Assembly: GCF_009914755.1 (NCBI RefSeq)
Contig: NC_060929.1
Strand: one strand, 5' to 3'
DNA from: the human T2T-CHM13v2.0 reference genome, Homo sapiens
Length of the DNA: 64,000 bases
Shown here: piece by piece, positions 43,917-63,331 of the stretch
How the letters are laid out: the number at the start of each line of letters is the position of its first letter
How positions within the stretch are numbered: position 1 is the first letter of the stretch
The notes under the pieces: model-generated
What the model saw: the letters and a program-made list of their open reading frames with translations, nothing else
Told to the model about the DNA's origin: nothing
Databases searched by the model: none
Made by a program: the position numbers and the translations under genes

Positions 43917-44025
43917 CACTGTCACTGCTACTATCAGAAGAGTCCTCCTCTTCCTCAGATTCAGAATAAAACTTCTTAGCAGAATTCTCTTGCTTTGCTT
44001 TTCCTGCTGGGGTCCATTCTTTTGC
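43917..44025 (-). CDS. AP3B1: AP3B1 coding exon (exon 18), 109 bp, phase 0 to 1; start of acidic hinge
   Basis: AKEWTPAGKAKQENSAKKFYSESEEEEDSSDSSSDS; acceptor tttaaacAG, donor G|GTGGGT. Confidence 0.96.
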
Positions 44026-44449
44026 CTGTTTAAACAAATAAAGTAAATATAAATGAATTCTCATTCAGAGATTTAGAGTTCTGGCAAACTTAATCATTAA
44101 CAACATAACTGAATTCAAAAGCAAGCTTAAGGCCTCCACAGGGAATGCAACTGTTAGAAGTCCTGGCATTAAGGCTGATTCACTTTACTCCTAAATACAA
44201 CAACACAAACTCTCACTCAGAGGCCCTATGTTAAACCAACAATCTTATTTTAAATATACAATTTTTAAAACTTTTGTGTTTTTTGGCCCACAGAAGATTT
44301 AAACAAAAGTAATATATCCTAAAATAGGTGAGCGAAACTAGAAGCAGATACAATAACAGCAATAACAAACACAAGTTGATAGCTTGACACTGAGGGAAAA
44401 GAGAGAAAAAAAAAAAGAAAGAAAAGAAAATATTTAGTGTAGGCAATAA

Positions 44450-45400
<951 letters not shown>

Positions 45401-45811
45401 TATTTTGTTCAATTTTAAGTGTGGCTGACACAATAAATACTAATTATATTTATTAGCCTCTTAAAGACTTCAATATTAAATTCAGAAACATGCTTAAGAA
45501 AAATACTGACTTTAGTGTTTACTAAATATTGTATTAGTAACAGCATTTACTAATATGAGCCCCTTTAACCACTTTAATACAGAGTATTAGTTTGCTTTTA
45601 TAGTCATGGCCTTGATTTGTCAAGAAGAAATTAAATCATGCTTCATATATGATTTTTTAAAAAGCAGGGAAATGTATACTTCTGAAAAGATAAAATAGTT
45701 GAGACTCATTTATTGATTGTACCTTTGAGTTTTTCCTATGTGCAAGTCTTTGCTAGAGTACCTATTTTATTGTAAAGGAGTCTACAGCATGACAGAATTT
45801 CTTATTCAAGA

Positions 45812-45988
45812 ATGTTTCTCAGCACTGAATGTACAATAGAATCACCTGAGAATAGTTTTTAAACGCTAATATAAACAATACAAATATTAATACTAAAAAA
45901 ACAAATACCTAGATTCACCTCCTAAAATTCTGATTTAATTAGTCTGGTGCACATTTGACCTAGTTTTGTTTTATTTAAAAAATCTCCA
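45812..45988. mobile_element. MER5A-like hAT DNA transposon, left part (split by the L1; continues at 52177-52212)
   Basis: tagaatcacctgag...aattctgatttaattagtctgg...aaaatctcca | tatgattataatgcgcagc...aaccact matches MER5-type order across the L1. Confidence 0.65.
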
Positions 45989-46290
45989 GGAGGGTGGAGC
46001 CAAGATGGCCGAATAGGAACAGCTCCGGTCTACAGCTCCCAGCGTGAGCGACGCAGAAGACGGGTGATTTCTGCATTTCCATCTGAGGTACCACCAGGTT
46101 CATCTCACTAGAGAGTGCCAGACAGTGGGTGCAGCGCACTGTGCGCAAGCCGGAGCAGGATGAGGCATTGCCTCACTCAGGAAGCGCAAGGGGTCAGGGA
46201 GTTCCCTTTCCTAGTCAAAGAAAGGGGTGACAGACGGCACCTGGAAAATCGGGTCACTCCCACCCTAATACTGCGCTTTTCCAACGGGCT

Positions 46291-46431
46291 TCAAAAACGG
46301 CACACCAGGAGATTATATCCCACACCTGGCTCAGAGGGTCCTACACCCACGGAGTCTTGCTGATTGCTAGCACAGCAGTCTGAGACCAAACTGCAAGGCG
46401 GCAGTGAGGCTGGGGGAGGGGCGCCTGCCAT
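46291..46431 (-). other. L1 ORF0 (antisense 5'UTR ORF), truncated to 46 aa; antisense-promoter region
   Basis: MAGAPPPASLPPCSLVSDCCASNQQDSVGVGPSEPGVGYNLLVCRF*; TGA where the recalled consensus has TTA; splice donors after ORF0 nt 106 (46326|GTGTGG) and nt 191 (46241|GTGCCG). Confidence 0.85.
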
Positions 46432-47023
46432 TGCCCAGGCTTGATTAGGTAAACAAAGCAGCCAGGAAGCTCGAACTGGATGGAGCCCACCACAGCTCAA
46501 GGAGGCCTGCCTGCCTCTGTAGGCTCCACCTCTGGGGCCAGGGCACAGACAAACAAAAAGACAGCAGTAACCTCTGCAGACTTAAATGTCCCTGTCTGAC
46601 AGCTTTGAAGAGAGGAGTGGTTTTCCCAGCACGCAGCTGGAGATCTGAGAACGGGCAGACTGCCTCCTCAAGTGGGTCCCTGACCCCCAAGCAGCCTAAC
46701 TGGGAGGCACCCCCCAGTAGGGGTAGACTGACACCTCACACGGCCGGGTACTCCCCTGAGACAAAACTTCCAGAGGAACGATCAGGCAGCAGCATTTGCA
46801 GTTCACCAATATCCGCTGTTCTATAGCCACTGCTGTTCTGCACCCACCGCTGCTGATACCCAGGCAACAGGGTCTGGAGTTGACCTCTAGCAAACTCCAA
46901 CAGACCTTCAGCTGAGGGTCCTGTCTGTTAGAAGGAAAACTAACAAACAGAAAGGACATCCACACCAAAAACCCATCTGTACATCACCATCATCAAAGAT
47001 CAAAAGTAGATAAAACCACAAAG

Positions 47024-48042
47024 ATGGGGAAAAAACAGAGCAGAGAAACTGGAAACTCTAAAAAGCAGAGTGCCTCTCCTCCTCCAAAGGAACGCAGCTC
47101 CTCACCAGCAACAGAACAAAGCTGGACGGAGAATGACGTTGACGAGCTGAGAGAAGAAGGCTTCAGATGATCAAACTACTCCAAGCTACAGGAGGAAATA
47201 CAAACCAATGGCAAATAAGTTAAAAACTTTAAAAAAAAATTAGACGAATGGATACCTAGAATAACCAATGCAGAGAAGTCCTTAAAGGAGCTGATGGAGC
47301 TGAAAGCCAAGGCTCGAGAACTATGTGAAGAACGCAGAAGCCTCAGGAGCCGACGCGATCAACTGGAAGAAAGGGTATCAGTGATGGAAGACGAAATGAA
47401 TGAAATGAAGTGAGAAGGGAAGTTTAGAGAAAAAAGAACAAAAAGAAACGAACAAAGCCTCCAAGAAATGTGGGACTATGTGAAAAGACCAAATCTACGT
47501 CTCATTGGTGTACCTGAAAGTGACGGGTAGAATGGAACCAAGTGGGAAAACACTCTGCAGGATATTATCCAGGAGAACTTCCCCAATCTAGCAAGAAAGG
47601 CCAACATTCGGATTCAGGAAATACAGAGAACGCCACAAAGATACTCCTTGAGAAGAGCAACTCCAAGACACATAATTGTCAGATTCACCAAACTTGAAAT
47701 GAAGGAAAAAACGTTAAGGGCAGCCAGAGAGAAAGGTCGGGTTACCTACAAAGGGAAGCCCATCAGACTAACAGCTGATCTCTTGGCAGAAACTCTACAA
47801 GCCAGAGGAGAGTGGGGGCCAATATTCCACATGCTTAAAGAAAAGAATTTTCAACCCAGAATTTCATATCCAGCCAAACTAAGCTTCCTAAGTGAAGGAG
47901 AAATAAAATACTTTACAGACAAGCAAATGCTGAGAGAGTTTTGTCACCACCCGGCCTGCCCTAAAAGAGCTCCTAAAGGAAGCACTAAATATGGAAAAGA
48001 ACAACCAGTACCAGCCACTGCAAAAAACATGCCAAAATGTAA
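47024..48042 (+). pseudogene. L1 ORF1 remnant (disrupted)
   Basis: ATG GGG AAA AAA CAG at 47024; premature TGA at 47168-47170 and further stops/frameshifts; RRATPRHIIVRF motif in ORF track. Confidence 0.93.
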
Positions 48043-48105
48043 AGACCATCAAGGCTAGGAAGAAACTGCATCAACTAACGAGCAAAATAACCAGCTAACA
48101 TCATA

Positions 48106-51934
<3,829 letters not shown>

Positions 51935-52218
51935 ACAATGAGAACACATGGACACAGGAAGGGGAACATCACACTCCAGGGACTGTTGTGGGGTGGGGCG
52001 AGTGGGGAGGGATAGCATTTGGAGATATACCTAATGCTAAATGACGAGTTAATGGGTGCAGCACACCAACATGGCACATGTATACATATGTAACAAACCT
52101 GCACATTGTGCACATGTACCCTAAAAGTATAATAATAAAATAAAAATTAAACACACACACACACACAAAATCTCCATATGATTATAATGCGCAGCTACAT
52201 TTAAAAACCACTAGTCTA

Positions 52219-52393
52219 AGGCTGGGTGATGTAGCTCATACCTGTACTCTCAGCACTTTGGGAGCTGAGGCAGGAGGATGGCTTGAGCCCAGGAGTTTGA
52301 GGCTGCAGTGAGCTATGATCGCACCACTGCACTCCAGCCTGGGTGACAGAGCAAAATCATGTCTCAAAAAAATAAATAAAAGCAAATAAAAAT
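52219..52393 (+). mobile_element. Alu monomer (FRAM/FAM-like)
   Basis: Single arm with gagcccaggagtttgaggctgcagtgagctatgatc; TSD aaaaccact(ag/ga)tcta. Confidence 0.82.
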
Positions 52394-53865
52394 AAAACCA
52401 CTGATCTAGAGGGTTTAAGGTATGTTGCTTAAAAAGAGAAGCTTGAATATATTTGAATAAGATGCTTATATAAGATCAGCAGTATGGCTTTCTTTTATAT
52501 TTATTTAAAATGCTTCTGTCTACAAAGATAGTATTCTATAAACAAAGCTCTCTTATATTTGGTAAACTCTGAAGTCCATATTTTTCTTAAATCCAAACAT
52601 ATTTCTCTGAGGTCTGATAAAACGTTTGTTGGATTAATTTAATAACACTAAATCAACAATTTCGGAAAACCAGACTTCTATGCTCAAACGTGCATTTTTT
52701 CTTGACATGGCCATGAATTCTATGGAGTTTCAGGTTTTAAAAGGCCAAAGACGAACAATAAAAGTATCTTAATTTGTATTGTGGTCCTTTATGACTAAAA
52801 GACCACATTATCATTGTAAGGAAAAGGAATAATAGGGAAAAGAAAAGAAAAGAAAAGAAGAGAACATAGACGCTAATTTGAAAGTTTCTGTAAAGGATAA
52901 AATATTGACAGATGTGTTTATGAAGCAAAATACCCTTCATATGCAGAAGGCGGTCTTTCTGTCAGTAGAGAAGAAAGGACTTTCTAGAACTAAGCAAATA
53001 AATTATTAACTAAGGATCTTCAAAACTTACTGGGATCATAATATAAATATATATTATATCCTATATCCTAGAAATGGTGGTGTGTAATTCAAAGTGACTT
53101 CTACTGTCAATCTGACTAGGTTCCCAGTCATTTTGATTAAAATATCAGATTATCTAAACCTAGGTCATTTTTCTTACTAAGTTATATTTCACAGTTACAG
53201 GACTTGACCATGTAAGATCACTTTACAGGAAAACTAGAATAACATAGTATATTATATGCATGAAATACAGTGACATGACTTGGAAGGGAGATGAAGTAGA
53301 GTGAGAGACAAGAAAGATAATACGGACATTATTTTTTGTATTGTAGCTGCATTTAAAAAGAAAACTATCTACGTTATTTTTATATTTAATTGTGTCCCTC
53401 ATAGTATAATTTTAAGCCAATTGTCTCAGAGTCCAATAGACTGAAGCTGTTTTCTGCATGGCATCAACAGACAGTGACAGTTTTATCAAACCATGTTCAA
53501 TCAGTTATAATGATTCTCTCTAAGTTACCAATTATTAATTTCATAAATATAATCAGCAAAATGAAAAAGAAATTAATTTGTCTCTGTTGAATTGGACAGG
53601 TGAAACGAACATAATATGTTATATTTAAGTACTGTCCCTATAAGGTAGTTAATGCTTAGAAGAGCACATGAAAATGGAAGAAGCCAGCCAACAAACCAAT
53701 CTATCAGCCAATAAAGAATACTGCTGAGACCAAATTAAATTGCATAGCATTGCTATCAACTCTGAGAAGATAATGCTTTTTGGTGGGTGGGGGCAGCAAG
53801 GAGGGAGAGATAAGGCGGAAGCAGGGGAAGGTTAAAAGGATGGTTCTACTTGGGCTAAAACATCA

Positions 53866-54357
<492 letters not shown>

Positions 54358-54589
54358 TTAAGAGTATGCAGATTTGAGTAAAAATCAACAAACTCAGCTG
54401 CAAGGAGGGATAGACATGTAATTGCTTCTCATATTTTTACATATTACTACTGTTACAAATTTTTGGCTGTCTCTAAGTACAGATCATTTGTCAAAACATA
54501 AAGATAATGGTGCTAAGTACTAAGGATAATACAGATTTGTGAACAAGCTCAAGGTTCCTCTTCTCATATTACATAATAAAATACAGTAA

Positions 54590-54810
54590 CAGCATGGACA
54601 GTGAACTCAGACCTGGGTTGGAATATGGTTCTATCACTTACTTGCCATGTGAACTTAGGCGATTTACTTTAAGTTATCTAAGACTTGGCTTCCTCATCTG
54701 CAATGTGGGAATAACAATAACCATCCCTTACAATCATTATTAGGTTTAAACAAGATAGTTTTTATAAAACATTATCATCGTACACTGTCAGGGGTTCCTA
54801 AATAGTGCTA
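54590..54810 (+). mobile_element. MIR
   Basis: cagacctgggttggaat...cacttacttgccatgtga...ttcctcatctgcaatgtgggaataac. Confidence 0.72.
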
Positions 54811-55820
54811 TTATTAATTCCGGCCATGCTTCAAAGCCAGGATAAGTTGGAGTGGTTAAGAGAAACATTTAATAATTTCTCAGAGGAATCAAATTACATG
54901 GCCATGATCATTATAGAAATTCTATTTATTAAAGTAATAAAGGTTTTCTTCCACTGTATACAGAAAAATTGAGAGCAAGGAGGTTAACTCACTTTCCCAC
55001 AGGAATTAGTAAAGAACCCCAGTTATCTGAATCCTAATTCAATGTATCTTTTCCACCAGAAAAGTATCCAGAATACAATTCTTAACTGCTTTTTTTGTTA
55101 ACTCCACATTTTAAAGTATTAAATATATTTTGCATAATTGCTAAATACAATTAGAAGGCCTCTCTCACTTTTTCTTGTATATATGAGAAAGAAACAGATA
55201 ATATTAGAAAAGAATGTTAATTCTTTTATCTCAATGGCCAGCATTTTTTTTAAAGATTGAGAAAAAGAGTATTTATATAGCAAATTTGTTTTTGATGAGA
55301 AAGCACCATATTATTCACTTTGTGACCTTGTCAAAGGACATTTTTGGTACACAATGCTCCCTATTTATGTTCAGGCTTCACTTAAAAATGGTTCATCAAA
55401 AAATCTAGAACACTTTGTGTGGTTTTTCTGAAAGAGAACAGCAGAAATTATTCAGAAGGATATTGTCAGGAAGCTTACAAATCTCTAAACAAAGTAGAAA
55501 AAACTTCATCCAATGAAACTAAATACCTTAGAAATTGAATCTACGCGGCTACAAATGCAATAGCACAAATGTGGGTGGCACTGATGCAGAGAATTCAGTT
55601 CTCTATTTCCTTGAAGAAAAGGAACAGTACATGTACAATGGCATAGGAATACTATAATATTTAGTTGCTATAAAGGCAAGGTATATCTAACACATTACAT
55701 TTAGAAATACTAGAACAATTTTCAATTTTCAACTCTCCAAAAAAGCTTTTATATAAAACAATAGCTATCCTAGAGTCTTCCACTGCTTTGGCAAAATTAA
55801 TTTCAGAAAGGTCAACTTAC

Positions 55821-55951
55821 CAACTCTATTACTTCTACATTTCGAACTGATGGGTCGGGCGCCACCTCTGGCCAATTAGATAATTCCAGGTACCCAGTAG
55901 CTTTAATGTTGAGAGTATGAGATAAGGTGCCAAGCTGGAAATGATCTCTAT
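55821..55951 (-). CDS. AP3B1: AP3B1 coding exon (exon 17, ~aa 613-656), 131 bp, phase 1 to 0
   Basis: (D)[43 protein letters not shown]; acceptor ttttaatAG, donor TTG|GTAAGT; frame continuous with previous exon. Confidence 0.97.
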
Positions 55952-56911
55952 CTATTAAAAATAGGGAAAAATATAAAATAAACAATATGAGCTGTATATA
56001 ACAGAGAACAATCATAATCAGAGCTCAAGGTAATTGGCATATTACCTCAAATGTCAAGGAATAAATATAGACTAGGAAGCTCTTCATAGGTCAAAAAACT
56101 GATTTCAGTCCATAGATTACAATAATCTCCCCCATAATGGTCAATAAAAAAGCTAATCAGTCAGTGTGTTTAGAGGTGTTGCTCTGAAATGTAGCTTCTC
56201 TAAAAATTACTTTACTGTGAATATTAAGAATGACAGCACAGTTAAACAATCCATATACATGTCTTGGCACAAACACATCCAGAATTTTAATAGTTTTTCT
56301 ACAAAACTGAATTGCTTTTTATCGCTTTAAAATAAGAACATTAAATAAGAAACAATATGAAAACCAAGGTATGTAACTATTTGATTCCAACTGGAATGGC
56401 TACTTGTAAGGTGGTAAAATACTTAATTACTCCTTTTAAAAAGCTGGGACACGTAAGTCAACTTCCCTCTTTGAAAAACCAGTTTAAATATAGAGGGATA
56501 CTTTTTATAAAATAATTCCTCCTAGAAAAACTGATATTAGTGTACACAGAATATTTACTTAATAACTCACTATTAAAAGGAATTATATTTCTTATAAAAC
56601 TATTTAAAAGAGAAATGAAGTCATTATTTATAAGAATAAGACAGTTTTCATCTATTGCCCAGTTTAAATGTTAGAATAAAGTCAGAACGCTTAAAATTAT
56701 TTAGTAAATAAGGTCTACAAAAATATAAACTTTAATATAAAACTTGCTTTTGAGAGCAGATGAATGAGTAGAAAGCATGCTGTTCTTATATATTTATATA
56801 TGCGAATCATTTATATTTCCTAAGAGATAAATTTTAAGCACATTAGAAATGGCAACATCTTGTCATAATTTTTTAGATAACATATATTTTGGAGTTATAT
56901 TCTGATAATAC

Positions 56912-57098
56912 CTTTAAAAGGAGACTCAAGCAGTGGTGCAGGCTTTTGTGCTAGGAATATTTTTTTGGCATATTTACTTAAAGCTCCACTCTTTTCATTC
57001 GGAACAATAAGCTGCCTAATAAATCTTGTACGGTCTCTGATGTCGTAGTTTTGATCATACTTGCCGAGATTTAATATGTACTGGGTAAGCAATTTTGT
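56912..57098 (-). CDS. AP3B1: AP3B1 coding exon (exon 16, ~aa 551-613), 187 bp, phase 0 to 1
   Basis: Translates [62 protein letters not shown], recognised as AP-3 beta-3A; acceptor ttttccaacAG, donor G|GTATTA. Confidence 0.97.
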
Positions 57099-60000
57099 CT
57101 GTTGGAAAAAAACAGATCAAGATGAGAATACAGTTATTTATGATTATCGATAACTCTGGATAAACATATTTAAAGAGGTAATAAAAATGAATGGTTATGT
57201 CAAACAAATGTTGTTCCATAGGGAATACACATTTCTAATGCTGCAAATGGAATTTTGAAGCCAAAGCACATGTCCTCTTCTGTACTGGGTAGGTGAATGC
57301 TGAGTATTGAGAAGCAGCCATGTGCTAGATTATTAAACTGCTGAAGTGGAAAGAAAGGCATCATTAAAAAAATAATCATATATGGCAAACCCGCTGAAGG
57401 GGTCTACGTGAGAATAATGAATGTGGAAATACAACTAAAAACATGGCACTCAAAACTTAATCGGAAAAATATGCAGGACATCAAAACATCAGAAAGTATT
57501 AGGGGGCTGGCAAACTGCTTCTCCTGAGGTGTGTTTTATGAAGAGATACTGTCCCTGGCATAAGCAGTGTCTGCACTCTGACTGCACTCAGTTACTTTAC
57601 CCTGAATTATGACCCATTAAAGCAGACACATGAATCACTGAACTGGATTACTGCAAATTATTTGCAGTGCATTTAGCTGTTACTTTTTCATAAAAGCAAG
57701 CTGCTGATGCCCTCTGAAAACTAGGATAAAAGACTTCTTCCATTTTTCCCCCAAGCTGCTTATAGCCTCTAGTAATATTGGTCATTTATTTATTTATGTA
57801 AGGGAACAACTTATTATAGTAGCTTTTACACCATAATAAGACTTCCTAAGTCAATTTTTGAATGTACTACATTAACATATATTGAAATAATTTTAATAAT
57901 TAAACCAAAATTGAAATGTTAACAAAACAGGTTTGTATTTTAAACTACAGTTATTTTATTGAAAAAGCATAGTTTTAACAAGAAGGCTACATGTGTACAA
58001 TTTTAACTATAAGCCAAATAGAATTCATAATATATGGGAAAAATAAACCGAGAAACACTAAATCATTTACTTTAGATTAGAAGATTTTATGCACATTAGA
58101 AGCAGATAAAAAATAAAATCAATCAAGTTAGGCAGAGCTAAAGACAATTCTAGAACAATAAGTCAAAGTACAGAAATGGTGTGGTAAACTCTTTTACAAT
58201 AATTGCTTAAGATAATTGATTTGATAGAAAGCAACCTTATTTCAGTAGCAGAGTAGTTAAAAAGGATTAACCCAGTTTTATTAAAGTAGAATTATAAAAA
58301 ATACAAGTGAAAATGTTAATAGAGCTATTCTGAATTTGGTTACCAACAATTGCTATTCACTAATTGCTAGACCATGCTGGTTCAAGTACAGGTAAGAAAA
58401 TTTCTATGATTCATTTTTTAAGACAATTTGCAAAGTATTCACCAAATGAGGAATACAATTCAAAACCAACTTAAAAGAAAATGTGGTACACTAAACCATG
58501 TAATTAATTTGCTGGAAAAACCTGGGAAATCCACTTAATCATTAGTTTTCTCAAATGTGGAGTTAGAATTTACAACTTGGTTAACTCTAAAGTCCATTTG
58601 AGTGCTGAGATTTTAAATCTGCAACTAAAATAAAGAAAGAGTCTCTTAATTGCAATGATTTTTTTGAGCTAGCAGAATGATACATTTGGCTTATATTTCT
58701 TAGCCCAAAATTAATTTTTAGGAAATTAAACATTTTCAATATGTTAACAATTTTGAAAGTTAGGTAGGGCATTTAAAGTAATTAAAATTATATAATTTAA
58801 AAATTTTTATTGACTGTAAAATGTATTATATTATAAGCTTATAAATAAGTTTTATTAAAATGTATTTTCAAAAATAACATTCTTTCTAAAAGATAAAAAC
58901 AAATTTGTGTACAATGATGCACTAAAACCATAAGCAGAATAGTTATTCACCACACATTTACATACATTAATCAGTTTCTTCAGTGTATGTATCTAGTAAC
59001 AAGGCATTAGTATTTCTCTGGAGAATACATTTTTATATGGCCTAAGTTTTTTTAAAAAAATAAAATTGCAATCTTTTTCCAAATTAAATTCTGCAGTGAG
59101 TAATTATAAAATTGTTGACATTTTCAACTTTCTTCTCTGTAGACCATATTTGGGTATAATGGAGAAAATACCCTCTTTACAGTATTTCTGGACAATCATG
59201 TAATCTCAGAGAAAATCCTACTGAATGAAGAATAGTACCAATCCTTGCTTTTATGTTAAAAACTGTCAATATTTCAAACCCAAATATTTAGCTTTTCCCC
59301 CATGTAGTCAATAAAAAGTTTTTACAATATTGACAACATTTTCAAATAATTATTTTATTTATCCTTTTAAAAATATGTCATCAATTTAGATACTACAAAA
59401 CCAACTGCCTTCTCAATTTCATTTCATTCTACACAATATAAATTTTTCTAATTAAAAACAGGTGCTCCATCAAAAGAGTCTTCACGATAGGTGAGATAGT
59501 GCAAATGACAACCTCTTGATTAAATCTTGAGCTCTCACCATTTAACCTGTTCAGTTCTTCCCTTGCCTGTACAGGGAAAACTTTCAAAGTCTTTCTGTTT
59601 GCAAGACTTGTTTCTAATGATTGCTATTTGCTAAAATTTTTCAAAAGGTAAAATTTTTTGGCATTTACTAGTGACACTTTAAATAATCCAAACAATTTGT
59701 GAACCAAAACTTAACCAATATACAGAAGACTCAATTATCAATAAAAAATGTTTAAGCCAATATAAGAAACTTAATTTACAAAGCAGTTCTTCACAAAATC
59801 ATGTATCTAAAATTCTGTTGCTAATATGCATTAAAGACAGTGTGTACTGTTATGCTATAGAATGGTTTTTCAACATCAGTTTCATCACAAGAATTTTATA
59901 GTTCGGTCAAACTGTGTATACTAATATCAGTAAATGTGACAACTACGGTTTTATTTCAACTGGCTGAATAAGCAGTTTGTTCGCATGCACAACAACCAAT

Positions 60001-61754
60001 TCCTAAAACATTTCTCTTCCATAGTTTTCTTAATTAAATAAGAACATTGATTTTTACCATGACAACGTCCTTTCATCAAAAACAGTTTTATCTTCAAAGT
60101 TGAGCTTTTTAATTTACAACAGCATTTGCAATATTTTTGACAGAATAAACTTCCAAAAGCTTTACTTTGTTCCCATTTGCAGCCCTGACCAAACAAATAT
60201 ACAAATACATTGAATGAAAAAAGTCTATTTTTGGAATTAACTGATTTTCTGTTTGAAAACCAGCAGTGTTGGGCCTTTTTTCTACTAATGGAGCCACCAC
60301 ATTAACAGCTATTGTTTCATTTTTCATATGTGCATAAGAAAACATAGAATAAAAGTAAAAAACTAATTTTCAAAAAGTTATTTGATCTAAATGAGGTCAT
60401 GTTTCACACAGAATTATATAAACATCTTCTGCACCTGTACGTATTAAATTACCTTAATGCATAATCTTAAAATAACTACTAGCTTTTTAAATGGATGTTG
60501 ATCTTTTTGTAGCAGATTGTTGTGTCTTCTGGTTGTTGTGTGGTCAATGAGATCACCAGCACTCTCATGATGGTTGGTAAATGTCGACAAATATTTTATG
60601 CATGTTAAGTACTAAGTGGAAATTTAGCACTTTATTGTTTGTTAAATGTACACTTCCACTTTAAAAAATATATTGCTGATGATTTTATAACAAGATAAAA
60701 AAAGAACTGCCAAATAATAAAACAAACTTTAGACTTACACTATACAATAAATGACAAAACTACTGTAGCAAGAGTGCTTTCACCACTCTCTTTAATGACC
60801 TAGGACAGGACTATTCAGTCTTTACTCCTGCACATATTTCACCTATAACCAACCTCTAACTTCCCATGTTTTCCTTTAATTCCACCCACTGGCAGCCTGG
60901 AGCTTCATGCATCTCATAGGCCATGGCAACACTTGCTGGTATATCAAGTTGCTGGCAAATGAAGCATTGTTAAATACTCATCTCTCCACCTCCAGCAAAG
61001 CAAAAGACAGCTTTTCCCACCTGCTTTGTCAGAGTATACTTCATTTATCAGCACAAATCCTGCCTGCTGTTCTAAAAGGAAGAAGTTAGTTATGTTACAT
61101 CTAGAAAGGGTGGGAAAAAGATACAGTCTTTCAGATTTAAATGGCTCACATATTAAAATGAAATCTCTGTTCACTGCACTTGTGTCTTAACATGCCACTA
61201 GACAAAATTATGGCAGAAGATAGAAGACCTCAAAGCGGAGGTCTACAAATTAACTGTGCTATTTTAAGGCAAATATTAGTGATATTACTTCATTAAAAAT
61301 TTGGGACAAATCCTAAACTAGATGGCATGGAGACAACAGGCATAAATTAGATCTGTCCAGGGAAGCTGTTAGGAAGAAAACAGACAACATTTAAGTACAA
61401 TCATGACATTTTAATATCACCAGAGGCTCAATCCAAAACCAGATGGGATATTAATTAAATAGTACTTTTAAATTTGTTTTATTCACAAATTACACAAGAT
61501 AAGCAATGACAGTATAATGTATTATCATTAACAAAAATATTCAATATCATATATACAGCTATTTATTAAATTTTGTTTTCAGACTAATTTTCCTGCTTAG
61601 ATTTAAGGAACCATTATTGGTACCAACTAATGGCTAATGCTATCCAGACACTAATTATATCAATTACATTTTCTTCAGATTGACTCTAAGTCACTGTGAC
61701 ACAGGAAAAATGAATTTGAAGAACTGTTACATAAAAATTAAGAAATTCATTATT

Positions 61755-61957
61755 ACACAGTGAAACCCCATCTCTACTAAAAATACAAAAAATTAGCCGG
61801 GCATGGTGGCGGGCACCCGTAGTCCCAGCTACTCAGGAGGCTCAGGCAGGAGAATGGCGTGAACCTGGGAGGCGGAGCTTGCAGTGAGCCGAGATCGCGC
61901 CACTGCACTGCAGCCCGGGCGACACAGCAAGACTCGCCTCAAAAAAAAAAAAAAAAA
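61755..61957 (+). mobile_element. 5'-truncated AluY
   Basis: ggagaatggcgtgaacc, ggagcttgcagtgagccgagatcgcgcc; TSD aagaaat(t/a)cattatt. Confidence 0.9.
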
Positions 61958-62324
61958 GAAATACATTATTTAAAAGACTTCTCAAAATACTCTGACAATA
62001 AACTGGGAAATATTTATTCAAACAATAGCTTTCTTCTAATAGATTATAAGTCAGTACAAATAACTAAAAAGGTCTCTTAAAATATAGTCCTAATATATAT
62101 TTTACTATTAATACTATAGTTCTAATAATATCTTTACTATTACATAAAAAGGACACAGAAGTCTGCATTCGGCATAGTAAAGATTTATATTGGTTCTACA
62201 TTGCTGTTATTTTTTAACAGGATGATACAAACAAATATGTTTGGTAAATGAAGTAAACTCTACATAGAATTCTTAACTTACACCAGAGGCAAACCTAAGC
62301 AGTACCGTTGTTCCATCTAATTAG

Positions 62325-62633
<309 letters not shown>

Positions 62634-63331
62634 CTAATTAGTTTCTTAATTTCATGACTAAACAGGATTCTTTATGTGACTTAGATGTAATTTCTGAATT
62701 TAATAGTATCTACCTTTTTGTCAACTTGAAAAGTTTTCTGTAAGGTCTTCCTTTCTGTATTATATTTACTTGAGTTTTTCAATGCCAGGAAAACATATCA
62801 AAGAAAGGATAGAGATGTCACTTCAGAGTGTCCAAGTCTCCTTTTGTTAAATCACATTAAAGAGGCTTTGGGGGAAGGAGATTTCTCCAAAGACCTGAAT
62901 CACGGGCAAGAGAGAATCTGCTTTTAACTTTAGGAGGAATCCCTAAAACATCAGTGTGATTTACAAAATCTCTCACTAAGAGTAAAAAAGAACTCAAGGA
63001 AGCACTTTCTTTTTTAATAGCAGAAAAGTAGAAACTTAAATGTCTGACAGAGATAGTAATTAAATTATATCTACACATATCCATATTTCAAAAACATGAT
63101 ATTAAGCAAAAAAAGTTGCAAACATATACATAAAGTAGAATATCTACTTATGTAAAATTTGAAAACTCACAAAAACAACCATACATTGCTTATGGATGCA
63201 TATTCATATAATAAAAATATAAAACAGGGATGATTGAATGAAACACACCAACAAGGTGGCAGTGGTTACCAATGGGGAAGAAACGAACGTGTGAACAGAA
63301 GCTTGAGGTTCTAGTTCTATACATCTTACAT

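Noticed and set aside
55855-55875. CTCF-like GCCAGAGGTGGCGC inside exon 17
   Set aside because: Only the 3' half fits the consensus and it is explained by the W-P-E-V-A codons
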